Source: a virus
Direction: 5' to 3' (one strand)
DNA length: 64,000 nucleotides
Virus record (IMG/VR): IMGVR_UViG_3300034121_001395
The notes below the pieces were generated by a model that worked only from the letters and a program-made list of their open reading frames with translations, made no database searches and was not told where the DNA came from. The position numbers and the translations under genes are program-made. Of this stretch, positions 20,638 to 30,970 are shown piece after piece; the stretch's first letter is position 1; the number at the start of each line of letters is the position of its first letter.

Positions 20638-22355
20638 TTATTTTTACTTCTTTAACATATTGTAATTTTTTAAGCGTAGGAGACAAAGAGATTACGATGA
20701 ATCTAAATGATTCTCGTTCTACCTTGATTGTAGGTCATAATGGTTCAGGTAAATCACTTATGCTTGATGCATTGTCATTTGTACTTTTTGGCAAGCCTCA
20801 TCGTAACATAAACAAGCCACAACTAATTAACAGCATAAATGGCAAAAACTGCCTCGTAACTGTTGAGTTTAAACTTGGACCTTCACAATATAAGATTGTG
20901 CGTGGACTAAAGCCAAACATTTTTGAAATTTGGCAAAACGGAATACTCATAAATCAAGAGTCACATTCGCGTGACTATCAAAAGTTACTTGAGACAAATA
21001 TCTTAAAGTTGAATCACAAGAGTTTTCACCAGGTTGTTGTGCTTGGTAGCAGCAACTTTATTCCATTTATGCAACTTAGCAGTCATCACCGTCGTGAGGT
21101 TATTGAAGACCTACTTGATATTGGGGTGTTTAGTAAAATGAATGCAGTATTAAAGGAAAATTCCGCAAAACTAAAAGATAACATAAAGGATACAGAAAAC
21201 CAACTGTTTACCTTAAAAGAAAAAGTTGATTTGCAGAAAAAGCATATCTTACGACTGCAGCAACTAAATGAAAGTAATGCAGCAAAATATTCTGAAGAGA
21301 TAGTAAATCTTCGAAATAACATTGATGAGATGATGACAGAAAATTTATCTCTTAGCTCGGAATATAGCGAGGCATATGGCAAGACTCAGCAGCAATTGCA
21401 ACGTCATGAAAAAACAAAGGCTTCATTGCTTTCGTATGAGAGACAAATAAAAGACAACATTAAAAAAATTGTGTCTGACTCTCAATTTTATGAAAACAAT
21501 ACAGAGTGTCCAACATGTAACCAAACTATAGGCTCGGAGATTCGTGAACATAAAATTAGCGAATGCAAACATAACGCGCAAGAATTAAATTCTGGATATG
21601 ACAAGCTTAAAGAGACTTTAGCTCAAACCGGAGATTCTATACAAGAAGTGTCAAGCGAGTTGCAAAGACTAAACTCTCTACATAATAAAATACACAGCAA
21701 TCAAAACTTGGTTAGTGGGTTTGAAAAGCGAATCTCTGACTTGACAACGTTAATGAATACTCATCATGAGACTTCAGAAGTCACTGATGCACAGTCTTCT
21801 CTTGACTCCATCTACTCTGAAAGAGAGAGCCTTCAGGAATTAAAGTCTACACAACTTGAAGAGAGAATGTACAATGAGATTCTCGCTGAACTCTTAAAGG
21901 ACACTGGAATAAAGACGAAAATTATTCGTCAGTATTTGCCAGTTATGAACAAACTTATAAATCACTATCTACAAATTTTAGACTTTTTTGTTTCATTTAA
22001 TCTTGATGAAAATTTTACAGAGACGATACGCTCACGTCATCGCGATGACTTTTCATATAGTTCATTTAGTGAAGGAGAAAAACAACGAATAGATTTGAGT
22101 CTGCTCTTTGCATGGAGACAAGTCGCAAAGATGAAAAATAGTAGCAACACAAATCTACTCATTCTCGACGAAGTATTTGACGCAAGTCTTGATTCTGATG
22201 GTATTGACAACCTACTTAAGATTATGAACACCCTTGATGCAGACACACGCATATTTGTGATTAGTCATAAGCAGGATCTTCTAGAAGGCAAATTTGAGCA
22301 AAAAATCGAGTTTGAAAAGGTTAAAAACTTCACAAAAATCAAGGAAATGGCCTAA
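20634..22355 (+). CDS. gp46: Recombination ATPase subunit (Rad50/SbcC-like)
   Basis: GHNGSGKS, CPTC hook, FSEGEKQRID, LDEVFD. Confidence 0.96.
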   Translation: MIIFTSLTYCNFLSVGDKEITMNLNDSRSTLIVGHNGSGKSLMLDALSFVLFGKPHRNINKPQLINSINGKNCLVTVEFKLGPSQYKIVRGLKPNIFEIWQNGILINQESHSRDYQKLLETNILKLNHKSFHQVVVLGSSNFIPFMQLSSHHRREVIEDLLDIGVFSKMNAVLKENSAKLKDNIKDTENQLFTLKEKVDLQKKHILRLQQLNESNAAKYSEEIVNLRNNIDEMMTENLSLSSEYSEAYGKTQQQLQRHEKTKASLLSYERQIKDNIKKIVSDSQFYENNTECPTCNQTIGSEIREHKISECKHNAQELNSGYDKLKETLAQTGDSIQEVSSELQRLNSLHNKIHSNQNLVSGFEKRISDLTTLMNTHHETSEVTDAQSSLDSIYSERESLQELKSTQLEERMYNEILAELLKDTGIKTKIIRQYLPVMNKLINHYLQILDFFVSFNLDENFTETIRSRHRDDFSYSSFSEGEKQRIDLSLLFAWRQVAKMKNSSNTNLLILDEVFDASLDSDGIDNLLKIMNTLDADTRIFVISHKQDLLEGKFEQKIEFEKVKNFTKIKEMA

Positions 22356-22459
22356 TTAAAGGCCCCCGAAGTCTTTGGTAGCTTAACTTCCGCACTTTTT
22401 TCATAAATTTTCACTTTTTTATTTACAAGTGCCTATTTTTATGCTAGAATAGTCTCATA

Positions 22460-24739
22460 ATGGTTGCAGTAGCAAATCGTGAGAGTCAAACAGTCCTAGC
22501 CAAACTCTTGGCTAAAGAGAACATTCAAGTTGCAATTGGCAACTACAAGACAGCATTCTTTGATGTCAAGAATCGTGTGCTTGGTCTTCCAACATGGAAT
22601 ACAGACAATAAGAATGTGTCTGACTTACTTATTGGTCATGAAGTTGGACATGCTCTATATACTCCATCAGATGCAGTGACTCGTTTCAAAGAGAAGTTTC
22701 CTACTCTGCCATTTGATATTGGAAACATTGTTGAAGATGTTCGTATTGAACGACTTGTGCGAGACACATATCCAGGTCTTGTTCTCTCTTTTAAAAATGG
22801 TTATCGTCACTTTATCGAAAAAGACTTTTTTAAAATCTCTGGTGTTGACTTATCAACTCTTGGATTTGCTGATCGCCTCAATTTGCGTGCCAAAATCGGC
22901 CAACTAGTAGATGTGCCTCTCAACGAAAAAGAGACAGATATTTACAAACGATGCCTCTCTGCAAATACTTACGATGAAGTTTTGCAAATTTGTGCAGACA
23001 TTGCTGAAATGGTCAAAGGAGAAAAACCACAGACACAGCAGTCTCATGAATCCCAAGACTCTGAAGATTTTAAAACTGATGATGACATGGAAATTGATCC
23101 TACACAAGGTCAAGATTCTTTAAATTCAGATTCGCGAGGCAATGAACGAGACGGCGACACATCTTCAAATGAATCTTCAGACGAATCTTCAGATAATGGT
23201 GACGAACAGTCTTCTCAACAAACTGATCAAGAGGGCCAAAATCCAATGTCGAGTTCAAAACCGCTTGATAACGACAACTCTTCTGATTCACGAGGCTCTG
23301 GAAATGAAGGCGGTCATTCATCAGTTGTTCAAGAACTACAATCTAAAACTATGCGTGAGGTTGAAAAAAATCTGCAAGACATGCAGGTTCGTGAAACGAC
23401 TCATGTAATGTGCAACAAGCCTTATGTCCAGGACATGATGTCAGCTATCATTCCAGTAAAAGAGATTATGGCTGCTCGTCGTCATGATGAATATCGCTAC
23501 TCGGCCATTATGACAAATGAACAAGTTGTTCAAGACTGGACAGAGTTTGCTGCATCTACTAAAAAACATGTTGCAATTCTCGTCAAAGAGTTTGAACGTC
23601 GCAAGGCAGCATACCAATATAGCCGGGCAACTCGGTCTACTACTGGAGCGCTAGACGTCAATCGCTTGCATTCCTATCGCTTTGAAGATCAGATCTTTAA
23701 GAGTGTCACTCGACTCGCAGACGCTAAAAATCACGGCATGGTATTTTTTATCGACTATTCTGGTTCGATGCGTGATACAATAGGTCGAGTGATCGTTCAG
23801 GCTCTTCAACTTGTGACATTTTGTAAAGCGGTCGGCATCCCTTTTGAAGTCTATGGTTTTACAAGTCGGTATTTTAATCCTTCTGAGTCTCAATGTCCAT
23901 TGCCTGGCTACAATCTTGACTTTTCTGACACCATCATATTTCAACTATTGCACTCACGCATGGCTCGCTCTGAGTTTGAAACTGCGTGTCGTGAACTCAA
24001 AGCTCAGACTATCTATCGTGATTCTTATGGTCGTGGCGAACTTGCATTCAACAGCAAATATGAAGTTATGAATGGTACACCTCTCAATGAAACTATTATT
24101 ATTGCTCATGAGATTGTTCGCCGCTTTCGTGACAACTACAAGGTTCAAAAGATGAACACAATCTTTTTAACTGACGGCGATTCATGCCCTCCGCGCTATC
24201 GTAAAAATAACGTAGGTGAAGAGTATGAACACACAAACCCTCGTCCCTGGAACGCGACCAAAGTGTTGCCACTCTATGGTAAGAATATCGAGATGTCTAC
24301 TAATCACTCTATCCGAAGCCTCTACCGCGATCTCGTTATGAGCCTCAAGAGGACATGTGATACTACAGTAATTGGTTTCTTTGTAGCAAACTACAAGTCA
24401 GACTATAAAAATAACTGCATCACTGCTCTTCGTAGCCGCAAACGTGATCTTTCATGGTCAGATGCTGTGATCGAGTTTAATGCACTACAAAAGATTGCTA
24501 AAAAAGAAAAGTGTCTTGCTATTCAAAATGGATTTGGCTATGATGCATATTTCGTCTTCGACTCTAAAAATGGACTTGATATTACCGAAGATGGTGAAGA
24601 GTTTGTGAGTGAAGGCTTCTCAAAGGACGTGACTGACAACTCGTCACAAAATAAAATTGCCAAGGATTTTGCTAAATTCAATACTGAAAAACGTGTTTCT
24701 AGAGTGTTTTTGAATAAATTTGCTGAGTTTATTGCATAA
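22460..24739 (+). CDS. HExxH metallopeptidase-like plus VWA (CobT-like) protein
   Basis: HEVGHALYT, NIVEDVRIE, MIDAS DYSGSM, GTPLNE, LTDGD. Confidence 0.85.
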   Translation: MVAVANRESQTVLAKLLAKENIQVAIGNYKTAFFDVKNRVLGLPTWNTDNKNVSDLLIGHEVGHALYTPSDAVTRFKEKFPTLPFDIGNIVEDVRIERLVRDTYPGLVLSFKNGYRHFIEKDFFKISGVDLSTLGFADRLNLRAKIGQLVDVPLNEKETDIYKRCLSANTYDEVLQICADIAEMVKGEKPQTQQSHESQDSEDFKTDDDMEIDPTQGQDSLNSDSRGNERDGDTSSNESSDESSDNGDEQSSQQTDQEGQNPMSSSKPLDNDNSSDSRGSGNEGGHSSVVQELQSKTMREVEKNLQDMQVRETTHVMCNKPYVQDMMSAIIPVKEIMAARRHDEYRYSAIMTNEQVVQDWTEFAASTKKHVAILVKEFERRKAAYQYSRATRSTTGALDVNRLHSYRFEDQIFKSVTRLADAKNHGMVFFIDYSGSMRDTIGRVIVQALQLVTFCKAVGIPFEVYGFTSRYFNPSESQCPLPGYNLDFSDTIIFQLLHSRMARSEFETACRELKAQTIYRDSYGRGELAFNSKYEVMNGTPLNETIIIAHEIVRRFRDNYKVQKMNTIFLTDGDSCPPRYRKNNVGEEYEHTNPRPWNATKVLPLYGKNIEMSTNHSIRSLYRDLVMSLKRTCDTTVIGFFVANYKSDYKNNCITALRSRKRDLSWSDAVIEFNALQKIAKKEKCLAIQNGFGYDAYFVFDSKNGLDITEDGEEFVSEGFSKDVTDNSSQNKIAKDFAKFNTEKRVSRVFLNKFAEFIA

Positions 24740-24839
24740 AAGTGAAAAAAAGTGAGTTTTTTATCATTTTCTTATGTACAAATCGTGAATTTTAGTGTAT
24801 AATCATCCTGTAAGCAAAAGCAACCACAACATACAAAAT

Positions 24840-26009
24840 ATGACAAACGAACAAAAAGCATCTGTCCTCAAAGAATTGTTTGCTAACAATGATCCAAAAT
24901 CTGTCTCTAGCAAGACAATTTTTGACGCTGGTCGGACCCATTCCCTAAAGTTTAGGGAAATTGATGAAGTCTTTATCAAGCGTGCGCGAAAAGTTGGTCG
25001 TGGTAAATTTGACATCTCTGGACTGCTCGATACAGAGTCAAGCATTCCAACCGCACCAGTCTCAGTGCAGGAAGTTCCTCAGCATGCAATGAAACTTGCT
25101 TGTGCAGTGGCTTCGGTCTCGAATGATGAAATCTTTATCCCTGAAAATGACCATACCTTTGTTAAATGGGGCGAATATAAAACCATTCAAAAAATTATTG
25201 AATCACGAATGTTTTTTCCGCTCTATATCTCTGGTATGTCAGGCAATGGTAAAACCATGATGGTTGAACAAGCTTGTGCCAAACTCAAACGCGAGTATAT
25301 TCGAGTACAAATCTCCCCTGAGACTGATGAAGATGATCTAATTGGTGGTTTTCGCTTGATAAATGGCGAGACTGTATTCCAAAAAGGTCCTGTGGTAAAA
25401 GCCATGGAGCGAGGCTGTATCTTGCTCATTGATGAGCTTGATCGTGGTAGCAATAAGATTATGTGTCTTCAGGGGGTGCTTGAAGGTAAGCCAATTCTAA
25501 TCAAAAAGGTTGGTGAAGTCGTCACCCCGGCCCAAGGGTTCAATGTGATTGCTACTGCAAACACCAAGGGCCGGGGGTCAGATGACGGCCGCTACAGCGC
25601 GGCAAACATTATTGATGAAGCCTTTATTGAACGATTTGTGGCTACAATTGATCAACCATATCCTCCTTACAAGGTTGAACGCAATATCATCAGCAAACAT
25701 ATGGAGTATTTCAAAGTTGATGACAATGAATTTGTTGATAAGCTTGTTGCATGGAGTAGCGTTATCCGCAAAACGTATGATGCGGAAGGGGTTGATGAAC
25801 TCATCTCAACTCGTCGCTTGTGTCATATTGTCAAGGCTTATAGCATCTTCCACGATCGTTTGACCGCAATTGGAATGTGTATTGCTCGATTTGAAACTGA
25901 AACTCGTGAAGCATTTCTCGATCTCTACACAAAGATTGACAGCAACCAAATTCAGGCTGAAGCAACCTCTGCAACTGAAACTCAAACACCAGAAGAAGCA
26001 CCATTTTAA
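24840..26009 (+). CDS. MoxR/CobS-family AAA+ ATPase
   Basis: GMSGNGKT, LLIDELD, ATANTKGRG, EAFIERF, ISTRRL. Confidence 0.9.
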   Translation: MTNEQKASVLKELFANNDPKSVSSKTIFDAGRTHSLKFREIDEVFIKRARKVGRGKFDISGLLDTESSIPTAPVSVQEVPQHAMKLACAVASVSNDEIFIPENDHTFVKWGEYKTIQKIIESRMFFPLYISGMSGNGKTMMVEQACAKLKREYIRVQISPETDEDDLIGGFRLINGETVFQKGPVVKAMERGCILLIDELDRGSNKIMCLQGVLEGKPILIKKVGEVVTPAQGFNVIATANTKGRGSDDGRYSAANIIDEAFIERFVATIDQPYPPYKVERNIISKHMEYFKVDDNEFVDKLVAWSSVIRKTYDAEGVDELISTRRLCHIVKAYSIFHDRLTAIGMCIARFETETREAFLDLYTKIDSNQIQAEATSATETQTPEEAPF

Positions 26010-26092
26010 ACACTTTAGCGGTTGGTCTACGCTAAACCATGAATCTATAGACCAAAACTGAATAAACATAATTGAAACAAAAAACATATAAT

Positions 26093-26350
26093 ATGACTAA
26101 AATTGAAACAACTAAGTTGGCACGTCTCGTTAAGAACATGACTCAAAAGGAAGCTCTCTTTGCTTTCCTTGAAGCAGGTCATGAATTTTCCGCTGCCGAA
26201 GCACGTAAGGCTGGTATTGCTGACCCAAGTCGCGTCATCAGTTCGCTTCGCAATGACCACGGTCTTGCAATCTACCTTAACCCACGCAAGACCCGTACTG
26301 GCGAGCGTATCAATCGCTATCGCCTTGGTACCCCACGTAAGAACGGCTAA
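26093..26350 (+). CDS. Small winged-helix DNA-binding protein
   Basis: TQKEALFAFL...FSAAEAR...RVISSLR...YRLGTP pattern. Confidence 0.6.
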   Translation: MTKIETTKLARLVKNMTQKEALFAFLEAGHEFSAAEARKAGIADPSRVISSLRNDHGLAIYLNPRKTRTGERINRYRLGTPRKNG

Positions 26351-26365
26351 TTGCTAAAGTTAAAT

Positions 26366-26400
26366 ATGCGGCAACAGTGTAAAAGCTGTTGCCGCATTTC
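26366..26400 (+). terminator. Probable terminator hairpin
   Basis: 12-bp perfect stem ATGCGGCAACAG/CTGTTGCCGCAT followed by pyrimidines. Confidence 0.65.
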
Positions 26401-26406
26401 TTCCCT

Positions 26407-26706
26407 ATGAAAAAAACAAATGCCGAAGTTGGAGTTAAGTATGATTCGGAAAAACCCGACTATAGTTTAATTCCTCCGCATGCTCTTGATGAAACAGTAA
26501 AGGCACTCACATACGGCAAAAACAAATATTCTAGGGATAATTGGAAACTACTCGACGACGCCGAAAATCGCTATTTCGCCGCCGCTCAACGACACCTATG
26601 GGCTCTCCGCAAAGGAGAGACCTATGACCACGAGTCTGGATTGCATCATGCCGCACACGCAATGGCATGCATACTTTTTTACTATGAATTACAAATGCAA
26701 AAATAA
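26407..26706 (+). CDS. dATP/dGTP diphosphohydrolase domain protein (DUF5664-like)
   Basis: GVKYDSEKPDYSLIP, YGKNKYSRDNW, AAQRHL, ESGLHHAAHA. Confidence 0.8.
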   Translation: MKKTNAEVGVKYDSEKPDYSLIPPHALDETVKALTYGKNKYSRDNWKLLDDAENRYFAAAQRHLWALRKGETYDHESGLHHAAHAMACILFYYELQMQK

Positions 26707-26751
26707 TTGCATTTACACTCACTCTTTTTTGATATATAATACACTTACACT

Positions 26752-27426
26752 ATGACTAAACTATCCTCTCAAACAATTGATATTCTAAAGAATTTCTCAG
26801 GCATCAACTCTAATCTTGTTGTAAAAGCAGGAGAACCACTCTCTACAATTTCTGAAGCCAAAAATATTATGGCAATTGCAGATATTACTGAACAATTCTC
26901 TGTTGATTTTGGTATCTATGATCTAAATGAATTTATCTCAATGTTTTCACTACTTCAGGATCCAGATCTTGAGTTTACAAATGATAGTGTACAGTTTAAG
27001 TCTGGACGTACTCGTGCCTCTTATCGATTTGCAGATCAAAGTATTCTTACAAGTCCTAAGAATAAGATCAATATGCCACAGTCTGATTTAACTGTAAACA
27101 TTACTTCTGAACTACTTTCTCAAGTTCGTAAAGCAGCTGGAGTACTTGGTCATTCAATTGTTTCGTTGAAAGGCGAAGACGGAACTGTTACACTTTCTGT
27201 TGTTGATCCTAAAAACTCTTCAGCAAATACATTTTCAGTGGTATTAGATGAGAACAACTCACAGCATGGTTCGTTTGACCTGCAATTTTTGATTAATAAT
27301 CTTAAAGTGCTTCCTGGTGACTATGTGGTGAATATCTCGTCAAAACTTATTAGCCATTGGAAAAATGAAAATACTCCGGTGCAATACTATATTGCTCTGG
27401 AAAAAACTTCAACGTTTAATAACTAA
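26752..27426 (+). CDS. gp45: Sliding clamp
   Basis: LKNFSGINSN, FGIYDLNEF, NLKVLPGDY, YYIALE. Confidence 0.95.
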   Translation: MTKLSSQTIDILKNFSGINSNLVVKAGEPLSTISEAKNIMAIADITEQFSVDFGIYDLNEFISMFSLLQDPDLEFTNDSVQFKSGRTRASYRFADQSILTSPKNKINMPQSDLTVNITSELLSQVRKAAGVLGHSIVSLKGEDGTVTLSVVDPKNSSANTFSVVLDENNSQHGSFDLQFLINNLKVLPGDYVVNISSKLISHWKNENTPVQYYIALEKTSTFNN

Positions 27427-27437
27427 TATATATTACT

Positions 27438-27704
27438 ATGGAAGAACAGACAACTAAACAAACAACTGGAAATGAAATCACTCTTGGTGATCTTATTTTG
27501 ATGTATAACATTATTGCTACAGTATCTCGCCGTGGCGGATTTGAAGCAAGTGAATTTAAACTTGTTGGATCGCTTTTTGAAAAGCTTAAAACATATGTCC
27601 CAGCAAAAGAAGACACTACAGAAACCACCAATACTTCGACTGAAGAAAATCAAATGAAATTTGAATTTGTCGAAGAAGATACCGCTGAGACTGTAACTCA
27701 ATAA
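27438..27704 (+). CDS. Hypothetical protein
   Basis: ORF packed in the operon; SRRGGFEASE motif. Confidence 0.6.
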   Translation: MEEQTTKQTTGNEITLGDLILMYNIIATVSRRGGFEASEFKLVGSLFEKLKTYVPAKEDTTETTNTSTEENQMKFEFVEEDTAETVTQ

Positions 27705-27708
27705 AAAT

Positions 27709-27936
27709 ATGGCAAAAGATAGGCTTGACGGGACTGCTGCATGCAACCCACTATATGAAATATTCGTCCTTCCAGGTAGAATAATTTTATGGCTACAATA
27801 CATGAATCCAAAAGGAGGAATGTCTGGAGTCGCAAAATCTAAGAGACGTGCAAACAGTCCCGTCATGACCTTCATCTATGCATTAGGGTTTTGGACTCTT
27901 GCTGGCTTTATTGCATACATGCATTACTTTGGTTAA
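27709..27936 (+). CDS. Hypothetical small membrane protein
   Basis: Two hydrophobic segments. Confidence 0.5.
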   Translation: MAKDRLDGTAACNPLYEIFVLPGRIILWLQYMNPKGGMSGVAKSKRRANSPVMTFIYALGFWTLAGFIAYMHYFG

Positions 27937-27948
27937 AACTAATATATT

Positions 27949-28200
27949 ATGGAAATTGAAGACGATAAAACAAAAGAAGAATTGCTTGGTGCAATTCGTG
28001 AAATCTCTGCTGAACTTGCTAAAATGGATGAAGCGCGAGATGCAATCAAAGAAATTATAGATGCTGCGGCAGATGCATTTACTCTGCCAAAACCACTTAT
28101 TCGTAAAGTTGCTAAATTGTATCACAAGAAAACTGCTGCTCAATTTGAGCATGAAGCAGAAGAAATTAAAAGTGTGTACAAACAAATCACTTTGGTATAA
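27949..28200 (+). CDS. T4 DsbA-like double-stranded DNA-binding protein
   Basis: Helical 83-aa protein with IRKVAKLYHK motif. Confidence 0.65.
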   Translation: MEIEDDKTKEELLGAIREISAELAKMDEARDAIKEIIDAAADAFTLPKPLIRKVAKLYHKKTAAQFEHEAEEIKSVYKQITLV

Positions 28201-28209
28201 GATAGCATT

Positions 28210-29151
28210 ATGAAGAATGATGAATATTTGTGGGTAGAAAAGTATCGTCCCCAGACGATTGATGATTGTGTACTTCCCGCAGAGTTAAAGAAAACATTCA
28301 ATGAAATAGTGCGGGGAGGTCAACTCCCCAATCTATTATTGTCTGGCTCTGCAGGCCTTGGAAAAACTACAGTTGCACGTGCGCTATGTAATGCTTTAAA
28401 CCTTGATTATATGTTGATCAACGGGTCTGAAGAGAGTGGTATTGATGTGCTTCGCAACAAGATCAAACAGTTTGCTTCAACAGTATCATTAAATGGCGGA
28501 TACAAAGTAGTTATTCTTGATGAGGCTGACTATCTTAACCCCCAGAGTACAATGCCTGCACTTCGCGGGTTTATCGAAGAGTTTAGCAACAATTGTCGCT
28601 TTATCCTCACTTGTAATTTTAAGAATAAGATTATTGAACCACTACACAGTCGCTGTTCAGTAATTGAATTTAATACTACTAAAAAGTCGTTGGCTTCTCT
28701 TGCTGGTGACTTTATGAAACGGTTGATCTTTATTCTTAAGACTGAAGGAATTAAGTATCATGAGCAGACTCTTGCTGAACTTATCATTCGTTATGCCCCA
28801 GACTGGAGAAGAGTGCTCAATGAGTGTCAACGATACAGTACGAGTGGTGAGATTCCAACTGCTATTTTGGTTGGTATGTCAGATCAGAGTATTGCTGAAT
28901 TGGCTCGTTACCTTAAAAGCAAAGACTTCAAGTCGATGAGATCATGGGTTGTAAACAATAGCACACTCGATAGTGCAGTTGTTTTTCGTAAACTCTATGA
29001 TTCACTCTATGATGTTGTCGCTCCATCTTCTATTCCGTCTGCAGTTCTTATTCTTGCTGACTATTCTTACAAAGCAGGATTTATGGCTGACAAAGAGTTG
29101 AATATGGTTGCATGCATGACAGAACTAATGGGAAATATTGAATGGGCGTAG
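28210..29151 (+). CDS. gp44: Clamp loader large subunit
   Basis: LWVEKYRP, GSAGLGKTT, ILDEAD, SRC. Confidence 0.96.
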   Translation: MKNDEYLWVEKYRPQTIDDCVLPAELKKTFNEIVRGGQLPNLLLSGSAGLGKTTVARALCNALNLDYMLINGSEESGIDVLRNKIKQFASTVSLNGGYKVVILDEADYLNPQSTMPALRGFIEEFSNNCRFILTCNFKNKIIEPLHSRCSVIEFNTTKKSLASLAGDFMKRLIFILKTEGIKYHEQTLAELIIRYAPDWRRVLNECQRYSTSGEIPTAILVGMSDQSIAELARYLKSKDFKSMRSWVVNNSTLDSAVVFRKLYDSLYDVVAPSSIPSAVLILADYSYKAGFMADKELNMVACMTELMGNIEWA

Positions 29152-29594
29152 AAAATAAAAAACTCTCGCCATTTGACTTTATCAATAGCATTAATGAAGG
29201 TCAAAGTGGTAAAAATTTACTAGAAGCTTCGCGAGCAGATAACAGCGAAAGCCTCGATCATGATAGTCTAGATAAACAGTATGTGCCGTTTATAATCAAT
29301 CGCGGGCTGTCATACTTTAATGATACTATACTACTTGCAAATGAAATGAATAGACGAGCATTCTTGCCGCACAAGATGCAGTATGATTTTTTAAAACATT
29401 GTACACGTCCTCGTAAGAGATTTAGCAAATGGGCAAAAAAGTCAGATGACTCTGAATATATAAAATGTATTATGGACGAATACTCATATAGTGCCGAAAA
29501 GGCACGAGCAGTATTCGGTTTATTTACTCAAAATCAACTAACACAACTAAAAAACAAAAGAGATGTCGGAGGAAGCACGCGAAAAAGTAATTGA
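29142..29594 (+). CDS. gp62: Clamp loader small subunit
   Basis: PFDFINSI, YVPFIINRGLS, ANEMN, RKRFSKWAK. Confidence 0.92.
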   Translation: MGVENKKLSPFDFINSINEGQSGKNLLEASRADNSESLDHDSLDKQYVPFIINRGLSYFNDTILLANEMNRRAFLPHKMQYDFLKHCTRPRKRFSKWAKKSDDSEYIKCIMDEYSYSAEKARAVFGLFTQNQLTQLKNKRDVGGSTRKSN

Positions 29595-29772
29595 AGCAGA
29601 AGTATTGTCAGACACCCCAGTTGAAAAACTTCAGATTGATCCGTCTAAGTTTATTAAACGTATGATGGCCGGAGGCTGGAGGACATCTTCTGGCAAAAAG
29701 AACTTGTCTCCAAAGCGAGTAGAAAAACGCCGCAAGAAGAATAAAGTCGCACGAAAGAGCAGAGCACGGTAA
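29563..29772 (+). CDS. Small protein with a highly basic C-terminus
   Basis: KRRKKNKVARKSRAR tail; fills the gp62-regA gap. Confidence 0.5.
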   Translation: MSEEAREKVIEAEVLSDTPVEKLQIDPSKFIKRMMAGGWRTSSGKKNLSPKRVEKRRKKNKVARKSRAR

Positions 29773-29810
29773 ATTGCAAACACGATATATTATAAATATA
29801 GTATATCGTT

Positions 29811-30248
29811 ATGACAGTACCACTTTCCCCCACAGATATCGTTGATTGGTCACCGCCTCAGATGCTTGAGGTATATTTGAATGACCCTGATGACTTTTTA
29901 AAGATTAAAGAAACTCTTTCTCGCATTGGTGTCTCTTCTAAGCGAGAAGAAAATGTACTCTTTCAAAGTTGTCATATCTTGCATAAACAAGGGCGCTACT
30001 TTATTGTGCACTTTAAGGAACTCTTTATGCTTGATGGCAAGCCATCTACATTTATGTATGATGACATGTGTCGTCGCAACACAATCACAATTCTTCTTTC
30101 TGATTGGGGTTTGCTTGAAATCGTCAATAGAGATCAAGTAAAAGATACCACTAGTCTAAAACAAATTAAAATTATCTCTCACCGAGATAAAACCAATTGG
30201 GATTTGCGTTCAAAATATAGCATTGGCAACGTTAAGAAAAAAGCATGA
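29811..30248 (+). CDS. regA: Translational repressor
   Basis: DDFLKIKETLSRIG, QSCHILHKQGRYFIVHFKELF, KYSIG. Confidence 0.97.
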   Translation: MTVPLSPTDIVDWSPPQMLEVYLNDPDDFLKIKETLSRIGVSSKREENVLFQSCHILHKQGRYFIVHFKELFMLDGKPSTFMYDDMCRRNTITILLSDWGLLEIVNRDQVKDTTSLKQIKIISHRDKTNWDLRSKYSIGNVKKKA

Positions 30249-30931
30249 AAAGCTTCGTTGAGTATAACGCCTGTTCAATTCAAGAAGAGTATGACTACTA
30301 CGAAGCTTTGTCACTTCTTGAAACTGCCGAGCTGACTGAAAAAGTTTTAAATGGCTTGACCTCTGGAGTACGAGCCAAACTAGACTTTATAAAGACTCTT
30401 GCATCAACTGCTGGAGCAAATTTGCAAGACACTCTAACACTCTTTAAAGACAGTCGGGTTTTTAAGTTTTTTAGCGCGCTACGTTTTAACTTAGCTAATC
30501 TTTGGAAATCAATAAAGGCTGGTTTTGCAACATACGCCCAAATACAGCGGGCAATCGCAGAATACGTTTCAAAAACTAAAATTGGCAGATGGACAGAGGA
30601 GGCACTTCGTGATCTAGACGTCTGGTTACAAAAACATCCTGTTATAAAAAGAATAGGAGGCTTTGCTGTCGCAGGCCTGTTACTCTATATTTGGTTGAAT
30701 ATGTCATTTACAGGTGATTTGTCATACGACTTTGACTCTTCTGATATTTTAGCCGCGCTTTCAGGAAATTTTGCCCTATCAACACTTTTTGCTGGCACAG
30801 AGGGTACACGAATGCTATTGCTATTTGTTACCGGAGTAATTGGTTTAAGCTTTCCATGGCCAGGACCTACAAGCGGAAAATTAGCGTTGTCAGTGTTAAA
30901 CGGTTTGAGAAAGCTGGCTAAATCGCGGTAA
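30245..30931 (+). CDS. Hypothetical membrane-associated protein
   Basis: Hydrophobic C-terminal segments; MKSFVEY start. Confidence 0.6.
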   Translation: MKSFVEYNACSIQEEYDYYEALSLLETAELTEKVLNGLTSGVRAKLDFIKTLASTAGANLQDTLTLFKDSRVFKFFSALRFNLANLWKSIKAGFATYAQIQRAIAEYVSKTKIGRWTEEALRDLDVWLQKHPVIKRIGGFAVAGLLLYIWLNMSFTGDLSYDFDSSDILAALSGNFALSTLFAGTEGTRMLLLFVTGVIGLSFPWPGPTSGKLALSVLNGLRKLAKSR

Positions 30932-30970
30932 AAACGCCACGTTATAAATAGTATATAGCAATTATCTCAT

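Noticed and set aside
24840-26009. Cobalamin biosynthesis gene cobS
   Set aside because: A generic MoxR AAA+ ATPase paired with a VWA protein; no cobN or other cobalamin genes are present.
26407-26706. Diaminopurine (Z) or 7-deazaguanine DNA pathway
   Set aside because: No purZ or queuosine-pathway genes in the window; this domain alone is not diagnostic.
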